64,000 nt of DNA, taken from assembly GCA_000320545.1 (NCBI GenBank), contig ADNK01002523.1, positions 28,127 through 92,126 of the forward strand, given 5' to 3'. Numbering within the stretch: the stretch's first letter is position 1; each line of letters starts with the position of its first letter. Shown here piece by piece: positions 28,004 through 41,615 of the stretch. A program made the position numbers and the translations under genes. The notes beneath the pieces were generated by a model. It did not search any database. It was given only the letters and a program-made list of their open reading frames with translations, and was not told the DNA's origin. This stretch comes from Bigelowiella natans CCMP2755 (Eukaryota; Protista; Cercozoa).

Positions 28004-30726
28004 ATGCTGCACCCCCCCTGTTCGCCCATTTCCTTTCCATCTTTCATGGAGGCTTCACCAATCAAAGCTGTATCTCCTTGTAATCCCCAAACCCCTCTCG
28101 TGAATCGTGGGAAAACTCCCAAACGCGGTCGGCAATTCCGGGAGAGGACCCCTTTACGGCCCTTAGAACACATTTGTTCCACAAACAGGTTGTGCCCACC
28201 TCGGACTGTAATAGTTTTCAAAATCTTGCTACCAAGATTATTAGGAACAATATTTTTAATTTAGAAACTGAATCTATGATGCGGATCATAACCATCCTTC
28301 CATCAAAATCATCATCATCATCAGGAGGAGGAGCAACAAAGGCATACCCACTCCCCACTACACTCCCAGCCCCTTTTCACAAAAGGAGAACTATCCTCCC
28401 CTTTCAGAAGCATTTAGGAAGTTTACAATAAAAATCCAAGGAACCCCATTGCCAGGGATCAAGGAGCCGGAGAGTGACCGTGTTCCCAGAATAATAGCTG
28501 ATCCATTTGAGAACCGATTGAACTTCCCAAAATTTGTTGAGGCGATGGAAGAGGACGGTAATGACGAAGAGGATGCAGATAAGGATATGAATTCAAGACC
28601 TATGGAGGGCTTTTATCAAAAGTGAGAGAAGCCAGCCCCATAGCCCTACGTGTGGAATGTTATTGATTCTTGCATAATACCTGTAGTATTGACGTCCAAG
28701 CTGACATGTTCCCGTTCGAGTTGACACCGGAGGACTGGAAGCATCATGAACGTATATGCGGTTTTCTAGACGATGCGAAAAAAGGTTTAGCAGCAAATAG
28801 TGAAAAGGAGTGCTCTATTGGATTGCATGTTAATCGACCCTCTAATCTCAGATGGTAATAGCAACACTTCGGCTGAAGATGAGTATTGGCGGAGGAAAAA
28901 TCAGAATCCAAGCCCGCCACCTAAAAGGAGAAGACCTATTGTACGATTTCTAATTTTTCTCTAACGCATTGTATGGAAAATTATATGGTTTGCCTCTTGT
29001 GGTCATTGTATTTACTAATCTAATTGTTGGAATATTGCGGATTAGGTCCTCTATGATCCGTCAACTAACTCGTTCCCGGCTGCGACAACAAGAGCAGTGC
29101 CGAGGACGAATGGACGCAAGGAAGGTTACAGATATTAGAAAAATATGATATAGATTGCTTTTAATGATGAAAAACGAGACTGAGATTGAATGGCTATTCA
29201 TTACAGCTCTAAAGAGGAGATCGGAAAGAAAGCCAAGACGAACACAGAGCAAGATAGAAATAGCAGGGACAAGACAACTCATACTACCGTTTTCCCCAGC
29301 CTCCCATGTGAAGATGAAGAGTCGGGCTAACACGACAGACAGGGTTTCTTCATCTCCATTTAAATATGCAAGCCTGATATCTTCCGCTCAGTGCTTTCCA
29401 AGTTTCAGCAAAGAAGATGAACATGAAGTTTTGATGACGTTCTCTGTGATATATTATTTATTCGATCGTGCGATTGTGTATTTTCAGGCTCCGAGGTCCA
29501 TTATAAAATCAACATCGAAGTTTCGCACGTTCAACTCTTCCAAGAAGAGTGGCGGGAGCGCAAGGAATGAGTTTAAGATCCGTGATCGGACTCGTTCTGT
29601 GCACTTCGAACAGGTGCTTGATAGTGGTGATATGGCAGAAAAGAAGGTAAATCTCATAACTATCATTCAAAAAATCGTCTCGTTTTGCATTTATGCGTGG
29701 ATTCTTTTGACTCAGAAAAACCAAAACAAAGCTCAGCCATGTTGGGATCAAGGTAGTATGAGAAAGATACTGTGGTGCCGGGATGATAATGAAATATTCT
29801 TTGTAATAGATGTGAGCATAGTAGTATTTTTAAGGGGATGGCTAGCATACCAGTTCTTGTTCTTTGATAAAATCGAATGCGAGCTCATAGTTTATGGTTT
29901 ATAGACGTGCCCACCCCTCGTCAATTGGATTTCAGTCGAGAGGCCCAGCCAGATGGTACAACATACGAAAGTTCCTCCAAAGCATGCATTCTAGTTTCGC
30001 TGATTGTTTATTCTGGTAAGATGCCGGAGAAGAGCACACTTGTCCAAACTTTGACGATATTGTGGGTCGGATCAAGGAAGGAGACCTTACGGTTACATTG
30101 AGTTTTTAAATTATCTTCTAGAGAATCTTTCAAGTCAACAATTGTTGTTGTTCAAAGGTTTCCAAGGTTCTCTCTGCCTTCCCTAATCTTACAAATAAGG
30201 TTGAAGCCTTGAGCTAGTTAGTGGTGATTGCGCGCTAATTTGAAATCTACGTTCCCGTATAGAATCATGGAGGGACAGTGCTTATGGAAACAAGTGTCAA
30301 TGGAAAGCTCTCCCTTGTCAGGACTCTTATTGATTCCAAAGCAGATCCGAATAGGAAAAATAAGGTCAGCCGATCGAAAGAACGGTAAATACTGCATTAA
30401 AAAGGTCTTAAAAACTTCTGTTACTTAGTTCGACACGACAGCGTTGATGTTTGCTGCTTACATGAACCGGCCACGAATTGCAACAATGCTCATCGAAGCA
30501 AAAGCAGATGTTTCGCCTTCAGCGGTAAATAAGTTTGGAAGGTAAAAAATTTCTGGTGCAATATGTGCTCTTCCACGATCTTACAATGGCTTCTCGTAGG
30601 AATGCACTTGAGATAGCAAGTCTCCGGGGATCCTCTCAAGTCATACAGGTTATCTCTCGCTACAGCAAGACAAAGGATAGGACTACTTCATTAAATAGTA
30701 AAGAATCCATCCAAGTGAAAAAGTGA
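28004..30726 (+). CDS. Multi-exon protein with disordered N-terminus and C-terminal ankyrin repeats
   Basis: GGTVLMETSVNGKLSLVRTLIDSKADPN, TALMFAAYMNRPRIATMLIEAKADV, NALEIASLRGSSQVIQVI at ~30265-30660. Confidence 0.65.
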
Positions 30727-31531
30727 CCAAAATTCCTTAGAAAATAGAATAATTATTAGCATTGCCTCGCTATCACATCATAAAAGTAACGATAGACTAT
30801 CTGTGAGATGGGGCGTGCTTCAATCATTAAGTATTTTTACACGATACAGTGACCGAAATAAATATTACGTTAAGATCATTGCATCCCCGACAATATTGTC
30901 GACCTTCATCCGAATGTACGTTCAGAACTTTTATATTAGCTCATATTCCTTAATGCACACGCTATCACATGCGGCACATCATTGTTACCACTGCTAGCAC
31001 TGGCCTCGCGTATACATCCGAATCGTGAGTCATGCCTATGTTCGACAATTTTGCACCGACTGCATAATGCTAGGAAGCTTGTTGGATGTACATTTTTTTC
31101 GTAGCTCAACAAGATGTCAAATGATTTCACTAGATGAATAGCGGTCACGTATCGTACTAGCGCACAGTGGTGGTCATACTATGCGCACGCCTAGATAGGC
31201 TAGAGCTACTATCAGCACTAGAGCATAAACTAATGATGCATATTTTGGTATCTTTTTAATAACACTAAAACAATGCTATGTAGATCAAGTATGTACATAG
31301 CGTGGGAGCAAACTTAATAATGCTAGAATGCGCTGCATGCCACAAATAAGCGTCATGCAGTCGTCTTAGAGTCTATTAGTCTAGTAGTGCTGGTCCGCCA
31401 GCTAGCCAGATATACACCGTACCGATGCGCGTGGCACGTTTTCATCGACTGCTGGTCGCGATACAAAATAAAACTAATAAATTGCAAAGCACTGTGAATT
31501 AAATTTGTATGTACATGGATAGATGTGACCG

Positions 31532-31601
<70 letters not shown>

Positions 31602-31772
31602 CCTACGTGTATATATGTCAGCATCAGAAATGCTATAAAATTAAAGTATAGATCTACCTACCTATCGCATATTCTTCAAGTGCCAAACTCTATCCATATT
31701 GGCTATTTGCAGCATGCCTGACGACAACTGTAACCCTCCTGATGCAGACATCCACAGTATCGGGCAGCGTGA

Positions 31773-32250
31773 TCATATTCCATCCTTGTTCCCACAATGT
31801 TGCATTCCAGTGTTAAAGTCCGTTATGCAGTGATAAGGCCCAGGGCAGCACTGCGCGGGGATACCACAGCAGCTATTACTGATAGTGCCGTTCATATTCG
31901 AGCAGCAGGTCTTACCCCCTCCTGGATTATTTGGATCTATGTAACATGCAGTTCCTCCACAACAACTCGGCCAGTCTAAACAACTATCGCCCTTCGGACA
32001 GCACCTAAACAGCATATGGTGCAAAAATAGTCTTATATTATACTGTCTGACTCTCGCAACTCCTCGCCCCCCCCCCCTCTCTCTCTCTCATTCACTCACT
32101 CAAATCGAGTTACCAACTTCTCTGATACTGTGGCTCATAACACAAGGTCCCTGGGCAATCAAGAGTCGCTACCACAGCCGGTAGCAGTATGGTGGTGGCC
32201 ACCACAAACAGGAGCACTAGCCTCCCAGAGCACGGAGATTCGTTCAACAT
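31773..32250 (-). CDS. Small secreted cysteine-rich protein (~120 aa, 2 exons)
   Basis: Signal-like RLVLLFVVATTILLPAVVA; in-frame GT-AG splice (RSW|CCPKG); 16 Cys in the mature part, mostly CC pairs. Confidence 0.7.
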
Positions 32251-32735
32251 TGAGCACAAGCAGAAGCACCTCCTGCTGCTGTCTGTGAAATAAGAAATTA
32301 TGCCATGACGTAGGATAGAAATGGCATGGATTGATTGCTATTTTCTTGAATTATCTCAAATCCCACAGCGCACTTCGGAATTATTGTCGCCAGCCCTGGC
32401 TGGATGTAATGGAGTGATGCTCGTGGAGGGGAGAGTCGGTGGCGATTCATGAAAACTGTTCTCTGCCCCCGAGAGAGATGAAATTGAACAACACATGCTT
32501 CCAGCGCCAATATAGTGCCATTGTGTGCTTTGTTCTATCCTCTATGACCGTTTTCGTCTTCAAAACACAAAAGACGGGTCGGGTACTTGGTGGTGTAGCC
32601 TCTCGTCAAGATAGTTTCCTACAGAAGCCGGACGTTGAAAATTCCCTTAATGGTCTATGCAGACCGAAAACAAATTGGATTTATTTGGATGACCACATTG
32701 GATCACAGCATATCAGACCTTTGTGTTCTCTAACA

Positions 32736-34350
32736 ATGGCTGTCGGCGGCGGGCAGGTTAGCAATCATTATAATATTCCAAGACTCGACAACATAATCCA
32801 TGTTTGTTAGACTGGACGGAAGAAGAGCAAGATAGATTTCAAATCGTTGATGAAGAAACTGAAGGAGGAAAAGGAAGCAGGACAACACAAAACTGAAGAG
32901 AAAGGAGAGACCTCAAGCATCGAAGGTGGGCGTGGAGCAAAGTGGTTGTACTGTGATAATAATAACTTCGACTCTAACTTTGAACAGAGAGTGAAGAGGA
33001 GTATGCTGTGGACCAAGAGGAGAATGACCGGCTCCAAAAGTTAGTAACATCTAGAAGCATGGCGGATGCGGAAAACAAAGACGAGAAGCCGAACAACGAA
33101 GAGGAACAGAGAACGGCAAAAGGTGCAAACATTAAGATCTGCGTGCCACTTTCTGCGGTCCTAACTGTTGTCATCAAAACCAGAAAACGAGCAAATACAG
33201 AGGGAAATTGAAGAGCTTGAAAGAAAAGGGATGCAGCCGAAGGGAATGCCGGAGATTAAGCAAGTTATAAATGGAACTACGCTAGTAGCTGCAATGAGTA
33301 ATGCGACAAGAAATGAAGCTTCTGAGCAGGATAAGTACGAATAGTCATTTGTAAGATGATGCACTGGCGACCACTGTTCCTGACAATACATTGAACTAGG
33401 AAAACCTGGGAAGCTGCTCTCAAGCAGCAGCCTGCTGAAGAGATTGTTTACAATGACATCACGGTGGGATGGCATATTTTATTGCTTGCTTCGTCCTCGT
33501 CGCCTTATCTCACTGAGAGAAGATACGATTTCATCTTGTAGATGCAACTCCACCCCAACGACACGCTGCCATTCGAAGAATATCCGGAAAACGTCACTAT
33601 GGTCAACTAACTGGTCACTCTGGATTTGCTCCTCCATATCAATGATCTACTCCTTATCTTGTCGTCCAGATTATAAAAAGAAACAGAGAGCAGGGGTGGC
33701 CTGTCTGGTGGAGCGATCTATACCCCCCGGATGAAGCGATGGTATAATTTACGGCACATTTGTGAATGAGAGTATGCTGAATTTGACCCTGACCCTGATT
33801 CATCAGCTTCGTGAATGGCGCAATATCTTAATGGAGGAGTGGGGAGACATGGGGGTATGCATAGAATTCTCTTATTTATTCTTTAAAATAGGAAATATAA
33901 TATGCAAGAACTATAGGAGAAACAAAGTACATATATGACTTCCCATCCTATGTAACATAGCTGAGGTCTTGGAATTCCTCGCTTTCGGAGCTTCTTGCCA
34001 AAGTTGAAGAGGTATCGATAAATCTCACTATCATCAAAAACGAGTAGTATACGAAATAGATCATAGAACAAGAAGAGGAACAAGAGAAAAGACTCCATTC
34101 TGGTCTTGTCGTCACTATATTCATAAATGACCTAGAGAAATTGATTCACGGCAAACAATTCTCTTCTACTGTAATGTTGGGAAGGATGGTCGATGGGGAT
34201 TCGGTTTCGACGGCAATCTGGAATTTTGGGGACCTTTGAACAGATCCAAATTTTATGAAGATGCTGTATCGAATTCTCACATAGCAACGAGAGAGAATCC
34301 CGCTGCAGAAGAAAGGTGTAGAACAGGAGGACGCGATCAATATCATTATA

Positions 34351-34391
<41 letters not shown>

Positions 34392-34400
34392 TTATATGGT

Positions 34401-34439
<39 letters not shown>

Positions 34440-35026
34440 TTCTGCGGATTCACATAATATTATCCCTGGGTAAGGTGGAAGCAGGACGAAAATGAAGAGA
34501 TGGCTCGAAACGCTCAGAAGGAAATGAAGGGCAAGTATTTTGATCCTTTTCGTCACGCCAGAATGCTAAAGTCGAAGTAAGTGCTTGCTATTTTCAAAAA
34601 TATCTTCAAATTCTAACTATGGCATGGGCAATTATTATCTGTGTAAACAGACGTGGTTTGTACATTTCCTGTGCCGGTACTTGCTCCACTAATTTCATTT
34701 TCAACTTTAGATTTGAGAAAGAGCTTCGCTCAGCAAGGGAGCAACGGAGAAATATCCGACGAGAGACTGGGGAAGATGATTTGACTGATGCGGAGCTTAC
34801 CGATCGAGAAGATAGTGAGGAGTTAAAGAGAGGCCTTGCTGGTGAGATTCCGCAAGATGATGATGAAGATGTGGAAGAGCGTGAATTTGCAGAAATCGAA
34901 GGAGATTATAATTTTGAAGGATTCCCTGACACAGCAAATTTAGATGTTGAAGAAGAACTCGCTTATGAGGAAAGAGAATTTGGCGATGAAAAAATGAGTA
35001 AAAAGTTGTTGAAGTCCATTACCTGA
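32736..35026 (+). CDS. Multi-exon hypothetical charged protein with acidic C-terminus
   Basis: Series of GT-AG-bounded purine-rich exons (KIDFKSLMKKLKEEK; GWPVWWSDLYPPDE; FEKELRSAREQRR...SIT*). No family recognised. Confidence 0.55.
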
Positions 35027-35960
35027 TGGAACTGCCGGATGGAGGTCTATGCCAAGGCAGCGTGGCTGCGATGGCGGAGCTATGTGGCGGGGGCGAAGGC
35101 AAGGGAAGCAGATTTGCATGGAAAGCATTGCTTGATAGAATTGCATTTTTTCTTCTATCTAAATCCAATTCATGCAGAATGCATGCCTACCGACTTGTTC
35201 TTTTCAAGCTAGCAAGCTGGTGCTGCTTTTGGTGAAACTCTTACTCACTTTGTGTGTACTCTAAACGTGCATCCTAGTTACGACGTCCGTAGCACCAAAA
35301 AAGCCTGGCGCAAGCAGGACGGGCAACGTGTTACTTTAAGCTACAGCTCTGCTGCCAAGGCAACGGGCAATGGCAAAACATGATGACTGACAAAGTGCTA
35401 AGCTATGTTGATTTGAGCTATGCTACAGCTTTGCTGGCTACTAGACTATATAGGCCATGCTAGCATGGCGCATCATGACTGCACATCTCTAGGTCTCTAG
35501 ATCTGTTTGCCTATGATGATATGATTATACGCTAGTACGTGCAGTACCCCAGCAGCAGATGCGCAGTCAGATCGAGCACGCAGCATTCTTCTCGAACACA
35601 AAGTGCTTGGTGCCTTGCAGCGAACATCCATAGCTACCATTATATAGCTAGATAGACCCAAATATGCGCAGTCAGGTAATGCTAGAATGCAGCAGCGGGA
35701 CCTGCTAAGCGGTACCGTACGGCGGGGGATCAACGCAGACTGCGCGCTCTCGGCTGTATACGTGCCTGTGCACTTTCCCGAGTATGGTGTGTATGCGGTG
35801 AATCAGGTTTTTTACGAACTAATTGTTGACGCAATGATGGGGAAAAGCAACTTATGACATGCATGTCCTTGACCATGAATTTTTCCTTTAATTTTAAACA
35901 TCAGATCCTTCTCCTAATGTGATAACACCTATTCTGCTATTAAGTTCCTTCTAAACTTTA

Positions 35961-38900
35961 TTAAGACTGTTTAATCATTCCAGGAACTTGCTCCTTACGA
36001 GCGTTTACTTGCTTTTTCTCTTCATTCTGCATCCTCTGCTTTTCCTCAAGATACAAGTCATCTTTGTCAGAAGAAAATTCTTTCAACTGGATTAAGAAAT
36101 CTCGGATATGACGCTTAAAATCTCTCTCGCTACTTGTGAATTTGAATGCTCCCACCACGAAGTATTCTGCTTGTCTCGTCGATATGTTCTTGAATGTGTT
36201 CTTGATTAGGTGTGCAACACTTTGCTGCACAAATTGAACATTGTTTGGAAAGTTCCCTTGTTTGGGATTCCATAAAGGAACAGGAATCGCTCCAGATTGA
36301 CATACAACGAAAAGTTTCATCATCAATTTACAATGCAACACAAATCCAGGCTTATGAAAAGTATCTGATAGAACTTTAAGAATTTCCTTCAGCATGTGCA
36401 TGTAATAGGTCTTGTAAAATTGAGCTGCTGCTTGACTTGACTCAAAATTCGACAGCATCTTGAGCATTGTGTTCAACCCGATTTCTGCTATTGTCCTATC
36501 TAAATGTTGAATTGACCAGCAAATTGAATCCATTACCAGTTTAAATTGTACAGGCTTCAATGCCAAGAGAGCTTGGAAACAACGAGCATTTATGGCACGA
36601 ATCATTTCAAAGAAAGTGCGTCTCACGTCTGGAAAATCTTGCAAGTTTGTTTTTATCATATCCAAGGTGCATGAGAATGTAGAATCCAAAATCCTCGGAA
36701 TCACAGAGCTCATTCCCGGACCAAGAGTCTTGATAAGTTCTGCAATGAGGGAAAGAACCTCAGCGTCTCTAGCATGAGGAACATTTCGCTTGTAATCATC
36801 TAGCACCGGGTCCAAGAGATTGGGTAATAACCTCTTGAATATCATTTCATGTTGCCCCTGCACTGAGTTGGCCACAAATGTCTGAATAAGTCGAAGGGTT
36901 TCTTTCTTAACTGTCCTCATTTGTCGTACAATTACTGTCTTCGTTGCATTTGCTCCTCTTTTCCCTATTTCGTTTGATACGTATTTGGAGTATGATTTGT
37001 AAACTTGGAGCATTTCGAGATAGATTCGTCCTAGCTGGATATCAAAATAATGTTGAAGTGCCGTCGCCGCTCGATTGTTGGTCTTAAGAACGTTCACAAC
37101 ACTTTTCACAACTCTCAAGTCAAACAGAGATTCCATGTGGCGGTTGGCCTGAGTAATTATCGCAGCCCATCTTGAATTGGGTAGCTTCATCAATTGCATG
37201 ATAAGTTGTTGGGCAACTTGCAATCTCTGTTCCGCTCTGACAATGCCTGCAACAGCCTCGTAAAATGTATGTATATGTGACTCCTCAAGGTCTTCAATTG
37301 TTTGCGGTAGCCGCTCGATGATTTCTATGACGAAAGCTCTCTGCATTTTCCCCTCATCCTCCTCTTGCTGTTTTACAAACTCTTGTCTACAACTTTGTGC
37401 TATTTTGAGAAATGTTTTACACGACATGTCTTGTACTCCTTCGTGTTTCTCGTGCATAAATTCGAAAAGTTTGTTGACCACGGTTTTCAAGAATTTCCAA
37501 TGCTTTCGTAGGAACCTTGGATATTGACCAACTACGTACATTATATTACTTGCAATTACTGCCTTGTGGTCTTTACCCTGCTTGTTGTCGCACATTTGCA
37601 GTAAGTCCTTGATTACACGCACAAGGAATGTCTTCTCGATATGCTTGTGCAGTGTTCCACTGATCGACCCGATTGCCCAGCACAATGTGTTCAGATTATT
37701 CCAACTCCATTCTGATCCATCTACTTGACGACCAAGTTTATTCAACATAATTGATTGAGTATCCACCGCATCTAAATGTGTTAGATAAACTAGCCCTTCC
37801 TTCATGCGGTAGTAGAGGGTGATGGCATCCGTATCTTTCGACCTTTGTTTCACGATGTTCCCGTTTTCGTCTTCATGAATAAGAACTTCTTCTGGCCGTG
37901 GCATCTTCGTAATCATGACATGCCTGAGCTCGGATAAAATGCTGCTGTACCTCTTCACCCGTGGGGATGAGTACTCTCTCACTCCCCCTAAATTCAGTGA
38001 TCCAGCAGGGTTCACCCGCATGGAATGGTACAAATCTGCTACGAGTCCATTCCAATATTCTAAGCAAATCTTCCATATCTCCATATCGTTAACGCGAGAA
38101 ATCATTAACAGAAATTTGAGAGCTGAGAACAATGCAATATGATCTTCGTTTTTACCAGCTTCTAACTCGGAAAGATGTGTTTTTGGCGTGCAAAAGCTGG
38201 TAATAAAGAGAGCTAGGTACCGAATGAATGTTGCCGCCTTTTCATTCCCTGAAGCGTACAGTTGGGCAACATTCATGGTTGGCTTAATAAGCTTTCCTGT
38301 TTGTTGCATGACTGCCTTGAACATGGCCAAAACTTTCGGGGTATACTCTGATTTCCCTTTAGTTTCAATTCCAGCTATCTCCCCAAGACATTGTAGGGTA
38401 TCGTTTTGAAATTGTGATATGGGGAAAAATTTGAGGGCCAGCGTTTCCAAAAGCTTCGTTTTAAATATGTATCCTATAGGAATCCAATGAAGGAACTTTT
38501 GCAGGGTTTGGAGAGTAATTGTTACCAGGAGCTGGTCATTTGAGTTTCCCAGGACATACTCACAAAGTTGGAATATCATCGTGAACTGTGAATTCAAATT
38601 CTTTTTCATCTCGGATTTCTTCCTTTCCGTCATCTGCCCGAGAGAATAATCAAATATTTCTTCGCTCAACAACTTGAGAATTTGCATATTGTTGGCACAC
38701 AAAGATGCACTTTTTTTCGATGACTGCACGAGCTCCGGTATGAAATTTGGCCAGTTGTGGGGCCATTCTTTCTTGACGATCTGAAAAAATACATACGTGT
38801 AAATAACTCAAAGAGAAACCAAAGAAAAATCATTTGCCACAAACCTGAACGAGAACAAGATTCATTTTCCTCACAACTTTCATATTCTTCTGGAACAGAG

Positions 38901-39213
38901 CCTTATCCTGGGAAAGCTTGATGATGAGAGAAACAATAAACTTCCTAATTCCCTCCCTCTGTGGCTTTGGTAGTGCCCCCCATCTATACTTAATAGTTTT
39001 GTCTAAAATATTCAAGCCAATTATTTTGGTTTGGGGGTTCTGGGACTTATCAAGGATTTGGTCCACTCGGGTCCAAGCTTGTGGGTGTTCTTGGAAGTCG
39101 ACCAAAACCTTTTGAATCGCCATGTTTCCTGAGTAGAAGGATCTGACAGCATTGTCAAGCAGCTGAATGTTGAGCGGCTTTCCAAAGTTCAGGATCTGCT
39201 TCAGCTGATCCAT
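35961..39213 (-). CDS. XPO1: Exportin-1 (CRM1), ~1062 aa, single 64-nt intron (38781-38844)
   Basis: FQEHPQAWTRVDQIL, WSWNNLNTLCWAIGSISG, DLLQMCDNKQGKDHKAVIASNIMYVVGQYPRFL, DFLIQLKEFS. Confidence 0.97.
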
Positions 39214-39853
39214 CTTTGTTCTTAACCAGTCCGGGTGTGTGTGGGGGAAGTGGTTCTTCTGGGATTTAGAATTTGCGGAAGATATCAGTACGACAATTGG
39301 TATTGCGGTGAGCTCATGGTAGAAAGAATGCATGTTATTTATTTATTGAGACAAATACATTATTCCTATATGAGAAGGAATTAGCACCTCTCGACAGAAT
39401 ACTGGAAGACGTATTAAAAGAATTAGTCTTAGAATAGCGCAGGCGCCAATCTTCCTCCTGTTCCCGAGGTGGTGTTCCACAAGAAACAACCTGTATTTTG
39501 CCAAAATTGTCCTTTGGAACTTTCTGGTCCATAACCGATTTATTCTTTTAATTTTTCGTATATGACCACTTTCGCTTTCGCTTTTTTGTTTCTGGTGGCC
39601 GAAAATGACCGTCATTCACCTGTTACTTACCGGTTCGACTTTTGGCGGGTCCAAGAACAGAAAAGATTCAGATAAAACTTTTTCGGTTTTTTTACCAGGA
39701 CGTACGGTCTGTGTTTGCTGACAGCCTGGTTTCTTAATCCGAACGATAAGGCAAAGAATTGATCGTCACTATAACAGGATATACCCTAGGAAAATTGGCT
39801 TAAAAAAGATTGCTTTTTGAGAGAAATTCGTGCGGGCTGGACAGACTCTAAAG

Positions 39854-40498
39854 ATGGAAATCGATGCCTCCTCCTCCAGCGGAAGCGGCGTCCCTCCTCC
39901 CGACACTGGGGCTGCCGTCTCATCTGCATCTGTCAATGATACAAACAATAATTCCATCCCCACAAGTTCAACTAATCCCCCAAGCGAGGGTAGCTCAGTC
40001 CAGGAGAATAAATGTGCACCGTGTTCATCTGTCACGTTCAAAGTGAAGAAATGGAATGCCGTCGCCCTGTGGTCGTGGGATATCGTTGTAGAGACATGCG
40101 CAATTTGTCGCAACCATATTATGTCGCCATGTCAGTTTTCTTCCATTCCGAAAATGTCCCATTGATACAGTCTAAATATGAGTGTATTAGGTATCGAATG
40201 CCAAGCGAAGGAGAATGCTACGAGAGATGATTGTCCAATTGCTTGGGGTGTTTGTAATCATGCTTTTCATTTTCATTGCATATCGAGATGGCTGCAAACA
40301 AGGAACGTGTGTCCTTTAGGTAAGCATGACCGATTTTGCATCACATTAAAAACTATTGACATGTGATCTTTTTCACAGATAACAGAGAATGGGAATTCCA
40401 AAAGGTAACTTTGTCCATGCACAAATATTTGTAAAACATAATATAGATTCCATTTTTTATGCTCTTCCAATACTCAGCATGGGAGCGCGGGGCCTTGA
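39854..40498 (+). CDS. RBX1: RING-box protein 1, 4 exons
   Basis: [58 protein letters not shown]|DNREWEFQK. Confidence 0.95.
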
Positions 40499-41615
40499 GA
40501 AAAGAAGCGGGCCTGGCAGTGACGATGTATAGCATCAAAATTTACACGAACAAGTTAGTCGTGACCATTATTTCCACATGTATGATACGACCCGCGCAGC
40601 ACGTACCTGTTATGTACCAGACGACCACGTCTAGCTGGATGTAGAGGCGCACATGTGAAGCTGCCGCTACCATGTAGAGTATGTACAGCATCGTACGTCT
40701 AGACGTCTCTAATGATGCGCCGTGTGTCATACGCTACTACTCGCTAGCTAGCTAGCTAGTACTATGTTGTGCTATGTATGCCGTGCGACCTCTATAGACC
40801 TGCTATAGCGACAAGTGACATGCAAACGATCCTAGAATCGCCATGCGCAAGATCGTCAACTGTACACATTGCTAGATTGCTGGTCGCACATTGCTAGCTC
40901 CACAAGCTAGCAGAGCTAGCTACATGCTACATAGCAGCTAGCAGGCAGTGTGCGTCGCTTGCACGTGCAGTGCACATGGTCTAGTGGTGCATGCGCACGC
41001 ACAACAGAGCACGTCAAACCTGGCAACACATGGGTTTTACCAGTGCACGTTGCGCAGCTCAAGTGCAAGTGCAGCCCGGAAAGCAAAAGACTAGTGCCTT
41101 CTAATGCATCTGCACGCAGTGCATTAATCATGCACAAATAATTGAACATGACATGGACGTTACAGTTTAGACGTGTCGAAGAGGACCTCTGAATCCACCC
41201 AGCTAGCCAGGAAGCTCAAAGTGGCCGGTGCGATGAAACGTGTTTTTTCCCACGCAAGAAGGAGCATGAACGAAACTTGAGACACTTTGTGGTCGAGCGT
41301 TTCTGCCACGCAGCTAGTCAGGCTTTGCCAGCTTGGCCATCTTGCTCCGATGGACTGATGGGATGACGATGACAGCTGTCTGGACCGCGCGTTCATGCTA
41401 GATGCAACAATCATGACGCAACACTGAAGGCACAGTCCATTGCGTTCACAGTGTGTGACGATGTGCGTGTGAGTTGCGATCACATTACATGTGCACATGT
41501 CGCTCCCGACTCGGCAATCAACCTGTCGCGCATTTGACTCACAAATGGCACTCACACACACACACATGATTGCATGCCGCATGAGAACGCATTGTAAATT
41601 TAGAATGATGTACCA

